Assembly: GCA_977020255.1 (NCBI GenBank) | Contig: CDROCS010003797.1 | Coordinates: 248,001-312,000, forward strand | Origin: Obrimoposthia wandeli | Taxonomy: Eukaryota | Length of the DNA: 64,000 nt | Direction of reading: 5' to 3' | In this document: positions 55,711-64,000 of the stretch, piece after piece | Position numbering within the stretch: the stretch's first letter is position 1 | How the letters are laid out: each line of letters starts with the position of its first letter | The notes under the pieces: model-generated | The model's input: the letters and a program-made list of their open reading frames with translations, nothing else | Told to the model about the DNA's origin: nothing | Databases searched by the model: none | Translations under genes and position numbers: made by a program

Positions 55711-56080
55711 TCACTTCTAGTTGTCATATTTAATTGTATTTAAAACTAGTTCATATTTTTTATCACGACTAGCTAGTGTATAAAATATCTGCTGAGAAGC
55801 TAAAACTCAAGCTTTATTTTGACACCTGTCAGATGATAAGTTACATGATGGATTTATTTGCTAGCTCATTGATAGCTGATCACCGATTTAAATGAGGATT
55901 AACAAGGTAGCAAACATAATTTATTTACTTTCTATGCGATCTCCGTATGCTGCGCGATATAATTGATATTTTCAAAATACTTGTGGGTATATTCTAGTAT
56001 TTAATAATTCATGCATTGCGACGTATAATTTTATAAAAATCAAAAAATGCAGCTAGCATCACCAGGGGAGCATTCTCTAC

Positions 56081-56605
56081 ATGAATAAAACTAACATCGA
56101 CAAAACGGCCATCTGTAAAAACAGTATCGTTGCGCAAGTCACTGCCCAGTTACAAGAGGAGTTATCGCTAGCTTTAGTCGCCGCAGATAATGCTCATAAG
56201 GCCGCAACTGACGATCAGTCGGTTGCAGAAACGCAATATGACACCTTAGCGATAGAGCAAAGTTACTTAGCTGAAGGGCAATCAAGGCGGGTAGATGAAA
56301 TTCGTTATGCAATAAAGTGTTTAACGGATTTACCGCTTGAAGCTTCGCTAAACGCAGACAAAGTCGTGATGGGGTCACTGGTGCAAATGGAGCAAGATAT
56401 TGCCAAGCAGCAATGGTTTTTTATCGCGCCTGCAGCCGGTGGCTATCGTTGCCAAGTAACGACGGAAAAAACACCTGTCAATATTACCGTTATTACTCCA
56501 CATTCTCCTATGGGAGCGGCGTTATTAAACAAAGTGGTCGATGATGATGTGATTGTCGCTGTCGGTACTAAAAAGATATGTGATTACATTGTTGCTATAA
56601 AATAA
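56081..56605 (+). CDS. GreA/GreB C-terminal-domain protein (non-canonical)
   Basis: N-terminal coiled coil (ETQYDTLAIEQSYLAEGQ) plus VITPHSPMGAALLNKVVDD. Confidence 0.7.
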   Translation: MNKTNIDKTAICKNSIVAQVTAQLQEELSLALVAADNAHKAATDDQSVAETQYDTLAIEQSYLAEGQSRRVDEIRYAIKCLTDLPLEASLNADKVVMGSLVQMEQDIAKQQWFFIAPAAGGYRCQVTTEKTPVNITVITPHSPMGAALLNKVVDDDVIVAVGTKKICDYIVAIK

Positions 56606-56630
56606 CCGTTTGAGCAGCAAACGGTTATTT
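56600..56630. terminator. Bidirectional terminator between convergent genes
   Basis: AAATAACCGTTTG-agcag-CAAACGGTTATTT. Confidence 0.65.
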
Positions 56631-56653
56631 CCTAAGTGTTTTTATTAAATACT

Positions 56654-58018
56654 TTAGCTATTCAATAAAGCTTTAATACTCGTCAAATCTGCCGTTTTAT
56701 CATCTAGCTTTAGGTAAGCAACCGCTTCATCGTGCATGATAATCGCTTCAATAACACCCGGCATTTCACTCAGTTTTTGTGCCACTTCACGTGCTTTTTT
56801 GTCGTTCGCGATGCTAGTAGCAAAACTATAGGCTTTAGACTTTTTCAATGGCTTCATGCCAAACGTTAATAACAACCACACTAAACCAAACAAGCCAGTC
56901 ACCAAAAATATAGTTTGTTCACCAAATTCACCGGCAATAAAACCACCTAGCATACCACCAGCAAAAGCGCCTAAAAACTGGCTGCTAGAATAGATACCCA
57001 TCACACTACCTTTAACGCCTGCAGGGGCAATACGAGAAAGTATTGATGGCATAGTGGCCTCTAAATAATTAAACGCAGTAAAAAACATCATTACAAGCAC
57101 CACCAACGAAGTCATACTCGTCGGTAAATACCAAAGCAATAACAAGGCAAGGGTCAGCAAAGCAACCGCTACGCTAAACATTTGTTTCTCTTTTTGTTTT
57201 TTCATCGCGATGATCATAAATGGCACCATCAGAAAGAATGATCCGATCAACGTGGGTAGATAAAGCTGCCAATGCTGTTCAAGTGCTAAACCACTAGCAA
57301 CAAATTGTTTCGGTAACGTCACAAAACACGCGGTTAACGCCATGTGCAGAATAAAAACACCACCGTTTAAACGTGATAATTGTCCATCACGCATTAAGTT
57401 GCCTAGCTTAGAAGGCAATGCGACATTATCACCTTTGGGCGCGGTAGTAATTGAGTTAGGTACAATGAACTGGATGGTCAGCATAGCAAAAACAGTCAAT
57501 ATGGCGATAAACCAGAACAAGCCACTTAAGCCAAAGGCTTGTGCGACAATCGGGCCGATAATCATCGCAATGGTAAACGATACACCAATAAACATACCAA
57601 TGGTTGCCATCACTTTAGGACGTTGTTCTTCACGACTTAAATCGGCAGCTAAGGCTAAAATAGCACTGGCTATTGCTCCCATACCTTGCAATGCACGGCC
57701 GATCACCACGCCATAAATAGTGTCAGACATTGCAGCGACAATACTGCCCAATAAAAAGATCAGTAAGCCGGCTAAAATTACCGGCTTTCGGCCAAACTTA
57801 TCTGACAAAATGCCCATGGGAATTTGTAAAAGTGCTTGTGTTAAACCATAAGCGCCAATGGCTAAGCCTATCCATATAGGGCTGTAACCCATGAGTTGTT
57901 CACCATAAATGGCAAACACAGGTAAGATCATAAACAGGCCTAACATCCGTAGGCCGAACACTGAGGCTAGCGAAAATGCTGCCTTTTTCTCAATACTATT
58001 TAAACCGGACGCGCTCAT
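56654..58018 (-). CDS. yajR: MFS transporter, YajR-like
   Basis: RMLGLFMILPV, LSDKFGRKP, 12 TM plus a C-terminal ferredoxin-like domain. Divergent from uvrA. Confidence 0.85.
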   Translation of the reverse strand: MSASGLNSIEKKAAFSLASVFGLRMLGLFMILPVFAIYGEQLMGYSPIWIGLAIGAYGLTQALLQIPMGILSDKFGRKPVILAGLLIFLLGSIVAAMSDTIYGVVIGRALQGMGAIASAILALAADLSREEQRPKVMATIGMFIGVSFTIAMIIGPIVAQAFGLSGLFWFIAILTVFAMLTIQFIVPNSITTAPKGDNVALPSKLGNLMRDGQLSRLNGGVFILHMALTACFVTLPKQFVASGLALEQHWQLYLPTLIGSFFLMVPFMIIAMKKQKEKQMFSVAVALLTLALLLLWYLPTSMTSLVVLVMMFFTAFNYLEATMPSILSRIAPAGVKGSVMGIYSSSQFLGAFAGGMLGGFIAGEFGEQTIFLVTGLFGLVWLLLTFGMKPLKKSKAYSFATSIANDKKAREVAQKLSEMPGVIEAIIMHDEAVAYLKLDDKTADLTSIKALLNS

Positions 58019-58197
58019 GAAATGTTAACTCTTAATTAAACGGTACATTAAACGAAAAGTGAAAGTCGAAATTTGGCTGTAAAAACGGGCGTATCTTAAC
58101 ACGGTCACCTAATGAACAAAAATAGAGATTTAAGATGAATAAGCATTAAAAACTATGCGATAATATTTGGTTCTAACGTTATGTTCAGGTGGAAATA

Positions 58198-58356
58198 ATA
58201 CCAATCGCATTAAGTTAGTGATCAATTTTTAGCATGAATAAATTTTCAATAATATGCCGCTTGATTGAGTAATAGCTGGCTATTATGATTGAAATCAACG
58301 CAGGTATTGGTATTTAGGTGTCTGAAAGTGATCCATTAATTAATAGCATTGGTATA
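58198..58356. mobile_element. MITE-like element, family C
   Basis: Imperfect terminal inverted repeats TACCAATCGCATTAAGTTAGTGATC / GATCCATTAATTAATAGCATTGGTA, non-coding. Confidence 0.55.
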
Positions 58357-58526
58357 ACACCTTGTGTTATTCGCTGTAAAAACCGCTTTATTCAGATAGC
58401 ATTCTATCGCTTCTCATTATTTTAAATCTTGATATAGCGTAAGGTAACTTACAATCAGTCTAGCAATTTTCATACTGGAAATATCAGATAAAAGTTGTTG
58501 GGCACTAAACTGGTCACAATGTCATT

Positions 58527-61385
58527 ATGAAGAAAATTGAAGTCAGGGGTGCCCGCACTCATAACTTAAAAAATATTAACGTCGATATTCCTCGCGACAA
58601 GTTAGTTGTTATCACCGGGCTTTCTGGCTCAGGCAAGTCTTCATTAGCCTTTGATACTTTATATGCTGAAGGGCAAAGACGCTACGTAGAATCACTTTCG
58701 GCTTATGCACGCCAGTTTTTATCATTGATGGAAAAGCCCGATGTTGATCACATCGAGGGCTTATCTCCTGCGATTTCCATTGAACAAAAATCAACATCGC
58801 ATAATCCACGATCTACCGTTGGTACAATCACCGAAATATACGATTACTTACGCCTACTTTATGCCCGTGTCGGTGAACCGCGTTGTCCAGATCATCACCT
58901 TCCTCTAACCGCACAAACAATTTCTCAAATGGTCGACCGCGTTTTGGAACTCGACGAAGGCACTAAAGTGATGGTTCTCGCGCCAGTATTACAAGAGCGC
59001 AAAGGTGAACACACTAAATTATTAGATAACCTGGCATCACAAGGCTACATTCGTGCTCGTATTGATGGCGAAGTATGTGATTTATCTGATCCACCGACCT
59101 TAGAATTACATAAAAAACACACCATCGAAGTCGTGGTTGATCGCCTAAAAGTGCGTGAAGACATTCAATTGCGTCTTTCTGAATCTTTTGAAACCGCACT
59201 TTCACTGACCTCAGGTACCGTGAAAGTCGCGTTTATGGACGAACCGAATAAAGAAGAATTAATTTTTTCAGCTAATTTTGCCTGTCCACAATGTGGCTAT
59301 AGCATGCAAGAATTAGAGCCGCGTTTATTCTCGTTCAACAATCCTGCTGGCGCATGCCAAACCTGTGATGGCTTAGGCAATCAACAGTATTTTGATGAAA
59401 GTCGCATTATTGCTGACCCTACATTAAGTTTGGCGGGTGGCGCTATTAGAGGTTGGGATCAGCGTAATTTTTACTATTTTCAAATGCTACAAGCATTAGC
59501 TGAGCATTATCAGTTTGATTTGGACTTGCCGTTTAATAAACTGAAAGAAAAAACTCAACAGTTGATTTTAAAAGGCAGTGGTAAGCAAGAAATCGAATTT
59601 AAATACATGAATGATCGTGGCGATATTGTTATTCGTAAACATCCATTCGAAGGTATTTTAAATAACATGGATCGCCGCTACCGCGAAACGGAATCGAACG
59701 CCGTTCGTGAAGAGTTAGCAAAGTATTTGAATAGCCAACATTGTCCAGACTGTAACGGCAGTCGACTTCGCCTAGAAGCGCGTAATGTTTTTATTGGTGA
59801 TACGCCCTTACCTGAAGTCGCAGAATATGCCATTGCCGATGCCTTAGCTTTTTTCCAAGGTTTAAAGCTAACGGGTCAAAAAGGCCAGATTGCAGAGAAA
59901 ATTCTTAAAGAAGTTTGTGACCGTTTAGGCTTTTTGGTTAACGTTGGTCTAAATTATCTTAACTTGTCACGCGCTGCTGGTACTTTATCGGGCGGTGAAG
60001 CGCAACGCATTCGCTTAGCAAGCCAAATAGGGGCCGGTTTAGTGGGTGTAATGTACGTTCTTGATGAACCATCGATTGGTTTGCATCAACGTGATAATGA
60101 ACGTTTGTTAGAAACCTTGATCCATTTACGTGATTTAGGCAATACCGTTATCGTGGTCGAACATGACGAAGATGCGATTCGCGCTGCCGATTATGTGATT
60201 GATATTGGCCCAGGCGCAGGCGTGCATGGTGGTCATATTATTGCCGAAGGTAATGTCGATGATATTTTAGCATGTGAAGACTCACTTACCGGTAAATACC
60301 TGTCAGGCAGAGAACGTATCGAAATACCTGACGTTCGTGTTCCTTTTGACAAGAAAAATGTGGTTAAACTTAAAGGCGCAACCGGCAATAACTTAAAAAA
60401 TGTCGATTTAGTCATTCCTAATGGCTTAATGACTTGTGTTACAGGCGTTTCCGGCTCAGGTAAATCAACCCTGATTAACGATACCTTGTATAAACTTGCT
60501 CACATCGAATTAAACGGAGCAACCACGCAAGAGCCTGCTCCACATAAAGAAATTGTTGGTTTAGATTTACTCGATAAAGTTATCGATATTGACCAAAGCC
60601 CCATTGGGAGAACACCACGCTCTAATCCAGCCACTTACACCGGTATTTTTACCGCTATTCGTGACATATTTGCCGCAACGCAAGAGTCTCGCTCACGCGG
60701 TTATAAACCAGGCCGCTTTAGCTTTAATGTTAAGGGTGGCCGCTGTGAAGCGTGCCAAGGTGATGGTTTAATTAAAGTCGAAATGCACTTTTTACCTGAT
60801 GTTTACGTTCCTTGTGATGTTTGTAAAAGTAAGCGTTATAACCGTGAAACTTTAGAAGTAAAATATAAAGGCAAGAGCATTCATGAAGTGCTCGATATGA
60901 CTATCGAAGATGCGGTTGATTTCTTCTCGCCAATTCCAGCCGTTAAACGTAAATTACAAACCTTAATGGATGTTGGCTTAAGTTATATCAAGCTTGGACA
61001 ATCTGCGACAACGCTGTCTGGTGGTGAAGCTCAACGGATCAAGTTATCAAAAGAGCTATCGAAGCGCGATACCGGTAAAACACTTTATATTTTAGATGAG
61101 CCGACCACGGGCTTGCATTTCCACGATATTAAACAGCTATTGCAAGTGATCCACCGTTTGCGTGATCATGGCAATACCGTGGTGGTGATTGAACATAATT
61201 TAGATGTGATAAAAACCGCTGATTGGATAGTCGATTTAGGCCCTGAAGGCGGTTCAGGGGGCGGTGAAATACTCGTCACTGGTACACCTGAACAAGTGGC
61301 AAAGCATAAAAATTCGCATACCGCGAGATTCTTAAAGCCTTTATTAGCAAAAGAAAAATTGGCGAAAGCAAAGCGCGCTAAATAG
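58527..61385 (+). CDS. uvrA: Excinuclease ABC subunit A
   Basis: Two ABC domains ([16 protein letters not shown]), LSGGEAQRI twice, zinc-finger Cys motifs. Confidence 0.98.
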   Translation: MKKIEVRGARTHNLKNINVDIPRDKLVVITGLSGSGKSSLAFDTLYAEGQRRYVESLSAYARQFLSLMEKPDVDHIEGLSPAISIEQKSTSHNPRSTVGTITEIYDYLRLLYARVGEPRCPDHHLPLTAQTISQMVDRVLELDEGTKVMVLAPVLQERKGEHTKLLDNLASQGYIRARIDGEVCDLSDPPTLELHKKHTIEVVVDRLKVREDIQLRLSESFETALSLTSGTVKVAFMDEPNKEELIFSANFACPQCGYSMQELEPRLFSFNNPAGACQTCDGLGNQQYFDESRIIADPTLSLAGGAIRGWDQRNFYYFQMLQALAEHYQFDLDLPFNKLKEKTQQLILKGSGKQEIEFKYMNDRGDIVIRKHPFEGILNNMDRRYRETESNAVREELAKYLNSQHCPDCNGSRLRLEARNVFIGDTPLPEVAEYAIADALAFFQGLKLTGQKGQIAEKILKEVCDRLGFLVNVGLNYLNLSRAAGTLSGGEAQRIRLASQIGAGLVGVMYVLDEPSIGLHQRDNERLLETLIHLRDLGNTVIVVEHDEDAIRAADYVIDIGPGAGVHGGHIIAEGNVDDILACEDSLTGKYLSGRERIEIPDVRVPFDKKNVVKLKGATGNNLKNVDLVIPNGLMTCVTGVSGSGKSTLINDTLYKLAHIELNGATTQEPAPHKEIVGLDLLDKVIDIDQSPIGRTPRSNPATYTGIFTAIRDIFAATQESRSRGYKPGRFSFNVKGGRCEACQGDGLIKVEMHFLPDVYVPCDVCKSKRYNRETLEVKYKGKSIHEVLDMTIEDAVDFFSPIPAVKRKLQTLMDVGLSYIKLGQSATTLSGGEAQRIKLSKELSKRDTGKTLYILDEPTTGLHFHDIKQLLQVIHRLRDHGNTVVVIEHNLDVIKTADWIVDLGPEGGSGGGEILVTGTPEQVAKHKNSHTARFLKPLLAKEKLAKAKRAK

Positions 61386-61424
61386 CCGACAATCGCTCTG
61401 ATTTACTCACGCCATGTCTCCATC

Positions 61425-61454
61425 AAAAGGCTTGTTTTTTAACAAGCCTTTTTT
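61425..61454 (+). terminator. Terminator of uvrA
   Basis: AAAAGGCTTGTT-tt-TTAACAAGCCTTTTTT. Confidence 0.75.
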
Positions 61455-61578
61455 ATGCCCGCTCGATTATAGAATATTGCTTTGCATTTAGTTTCAACAA
61501 TATACCCACTAGTATCTACAAGAAGTTATGTTTACTATGTTTGACTAGTAATCAATTAATAGTGAAGAAATAAGCTAC

Positions 61579-62292
61579 ATGACTCATAAAAAAAATAACA
61601 TTCAGCAATGGCAAAACCCTTTAATCTATTTACTCGCCTTTAGCAGCGGCTTTTGTATTATGGGCATTGAACTATTAGGTGGCAGAATTTTAGCGCCTTT
61701 TTTCGGCAGTAGCGTGCATATTTGGGGCAGTATTATTACCGTATTTATGCTGAGTTTATCTTTTGGTTATCTAGCCGGTGGTAAGTTATCAACCAAAGCC
61801 GCTTCTTTAAATCGTTATGGTCTCATTTTTATCTTTGCTGGCATTGCCGTTTTACCTGTCGCTTTCTCTTCACAATGGATAATGGAAGCTATTTTCCTTG
61901 CCGTTGAAGATACACGTTACGGTTCATTATTAGCTTCAATGGCCTTGTTCTTCATACCAACAGTGATTCTAGGCATGATTTCACCTTATTCCGTGCGCTT
62001 GCTCGTTACCGATAAAGATAAAAGTGGTCAAGTGGCAGGCTTCCTCTACTTTGTTTCAACACTAGGCAGTGCTTTGGGTACAATCATCACCTCGTTTTAC
62101 TTGGTTTTACTGTTTGAAGTTAACGATATTATTATTGTTTTTAGCGCGACATTAACAGTGCTTGGTATCAGCGCGATGATATTTAATCGTATCAATCAGA
62201 AAAAACACACCGCAGATGGTGTAGATAGTATCGATGATACAAACGGTGCAATAAACAATAAATTGAGCAACTCAGGAGCTGTACATGAATAA
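61579..62292 (+). CDS. Membrane protein similar to the N-terminal part of fused MFS/spermidine synthases
   Basis: FSSGFCIMGIELLGGRILAPFFGSSVHIWGSII, PTVILGMISPY, GSALGT motifs. Confidence 0.8.
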   Translation: MTHKKNNIQQWQNPLIYLLAFSSGFCIMGIELLGGRILAPFFGSSVHIWGSIITVFMLSLSFGYLAGGKLSTKAASLNRYGLIFIFAGIAVLPVAFSSQWIMEAIFLAVEDTRYGSLLASMALFFIPTVILGMISPYSVRLLVTDKDKSGQVAGFLYFVSTLGSALGTIITSFYLVLLFEVNDIIIVFSATLTVLGISAMIFNRINQKKHTADGVDSIDDTNGAINNKLSNSGAVHE

Positions 62293-63205
62293 ATTACTGC
62301 TACCCCTTTTAATCGCTCTATTGAGCAATGTATTGATTAGCACCGTATTAAAAACACAAGCAAACGCTAAAACTATTCACAGCGAACGCTCGCTATACCG
62401 CAATATATTGGTAGAAGAAAACAAGGGCTTACGATGTTTAAAGTTCAATGTTAAAAGCTCAAAAACCCAACAAAGCTGCATGCTAGTCAACGACCCCGAT
62501 CGCTTAGTTTTCAACTATACAAAAATGTTATTTTCAAGCTTATTACTTAACCCGAACCCCGAGCGAATATTAATTATTGGTTTGGGCGGCGGAACAATGT
62601 CAAATACGCTACATCAAATTTTTCCTACCGCGGTTATTACCAATGTGGAAATAGATCCCGCGGTTATTAAAGTTGCACGCAACTATTTTGACTTTTATGA
62701 AAACGAACATGTCACCTCAGTAGCACAAGATGGGCGTATATTTGTCAAACGTGCAGCCATCAAAAAGCAAAAATACGATTGGATAATTTTTGATGCTTTT
62801 AACGGCGACTACATACCAGAGCATTTAATGACCCAGGAATTCTTGCAAGAAACTAAGCAGTTGTTAAGCGAAAATGGCGTATTAGCGGCAAATACTTTTT
62901 CGGTCAGTGAATTATACAATTATGAATCAGCAACTTATAAATCAGTGTTTGGTGACTTCTTCAATGTTAGAAATAACAACAATAGTAATCGCATCATTTT
63001 AGCTAGCGTTAAAGCTTTACCGCAAGCCGATGTGATTGCCCGTCGCGCAAAAGCCTTAAATGAAAAGCTATTGCCCTACAATGTCAATATTAACGACATC
63101 AGCCGCCAAATGATCTCAACAACCGTAGTGCAAGATTGGCCGCAAGAGACCAGAATATTAACCGACCAATATTCACCGGCGAACTTACTTAACTTAAAAA
63201 ATTGA
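62285..63205 (+). CDS. Spermidine-synthase-like SAM-dependent protein with an N-terminal signal/anchor
   Basis: ILIIGLGGG, VEIDPAV, DGRIFV, YDWIIFDAF, LTDQYSP motifs. Overlaps the upstream gene by 8 nt. Confidence 0.8.
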   Translation: MNKLLLPLLIALLSNVLISTVLKTQANAKTIHSERSLYRNILVEENKGLRCLKFNVKSSKTQQSCMLVNDPDRLVFNYTKMLFSSLLLNPNPERILIIGLGGGTMSNTLHQIFPTAVITNVEIDPAVIKVARNYFDFYENEHVTSVAQDGRIFVKRAAIKKQKYDWIIFDAFNGDYIPEHLMTQEFLQETKQLLSENGVLAANTFSVSELYNYESATYKSVFGDFFNVRNNNNSNRIILASVKALPQADVIARRAKALNEKLLPYNVNINDISRQMISTTVVQDWPQETRILTDQYSPANLLNLKN

Positions 63206-63257
63206 ATTTAAAGCAGCTAACTCAGCTAAACTAATGACGCCGAAGTCGACCTTAAAA

Positions 63258-64000
63258 TTAGTCTTTTTTCTTCAGACTTAAACGTTTTTTGCCTGTGGAT
63301 GTAGCTGCTGGTTTTTTCACATCAATACGAGTTAGCTTTCTTGGCTTAGCTGTATTTGCTGTTGATTCGATAGTTTTATTAGCATGTTGAATATTTGTAA
63401 AATCAACCTTTTTAGCTTCAACAGCAGGCTGAGACACGGACAATTTTTCATCCGAGGTGTCATGGACTTTTTCAACAAAATCATCATCAAGCGCGGTTTT
63501 ACGAGAACCCGCCACTGCTGTATTGATTTCAGCCATTTCGCTTGCGGTTAAGTCACGCCATTGTCCTGGGCGTAAGTTATCTAATTCAACATTCATAATG
63601 CGCGAGCGCTGCAGCTCAGTCACTTCATAATCAAGATGTTCGCACATGCGACGAATTTGACGATTTAAACCTTGAGTTAAAATAATACGAAAAACAAACT
63701 TACTTTCAGGCGTAACAATACAGGGTTTGGTGATCGTGCCTAAAATAGGTACGCCTTTCGACATACGTTCAATAAAACGCTCACTGATCGGCTTATCTAC
63801 CTTAACAATATATTCTTTGTCATGAGCGTTTTCTGCTCGCAGTATTTTATTGACAATATCGCCATCGCTAGTCAGAAATATAAGTCCTTCAGAGGGTTTA
63901 TCTAAACGGCCAATCGGAAATATGCGTTTAGTATGACCAATAGCATCAATAATATTACCTTTGATGTGTCGCTCAGTGGTGCACGTAATACCAATGGGCT
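63258..64000 (-). CDS. rluF: 23S rRNA pseudouridine synthase F (5' end outside window)
   Basis: The frame is open past 63764 and reads [10 protein letters not shown]...[13 protein letters not shown]...HDKEYIV, then [14 protein letters not shown]. Confidence 0.9.
   Translation of the reverse strand, partial: PIGITCTTERHIKGNIIDAIGHTKRIFPIGRLDKPSEGLIFLTSDGDIVNKILRAENAHDKEYIVKVDKPISERFIERMSKGVPILGTITKPCIVTPESKFVFRIILTQGLNRQIRRMCEHLDYEVTELQRSRIMNVELDNLRPGQWRDLTASEMAEINTAVAGSRKTALDDDFVEKVHDTSDEKLSVSQPAVEAKKVDFTNIQHANKTIESTANTAKPRKLTRIDVKKPAATSTGKKRLSLKKKD

Noticed and set aside
58471-58530. Possible LexA box upstream of uvrA
   Set aside because: CTGGAAATATCAG has only a 7-nt spacer and CTGGTCACAATGTCAT ends in CAT. 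Neither fits CTG-N10-CAG well enough to call.

Overview
AT-rich gammaproteobacterial chromosomal window. Gene content and order suggest Colwelliaceae/Alteromonadales (inference). I saw no tRNA, rRNA, CRISPR array, integrase or transposase. Housekeeping genes are gltBD (both carry lesions), mtnN, tyrS-mepM-anmK, ssb, pssA, fadH, yajR, uvrA and a partial rluF. Respiratory genes are a clade I nitrous-oxide reductase cluster (nosRZDFYL, no nosX) and a separate norE/norF-like operon behind a perfect FNR box with no catalytic subunit. The best candidate for an undescribed system is a BigR/SqrR-type two-Cys ArsR repressor with twin operator palindromes, divergent from an MMPL transporter + LolA-like protein + beta-barrel operon. 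Also present: a FabY-type ketoacyl synthase with a divergent GlxA/AraC regulator, a split membrane/secreted spermidine-synthase-like pair, a nonsense-mutated USP gene, and three families of MITE-like elements, one family sitting right behind stop codons.
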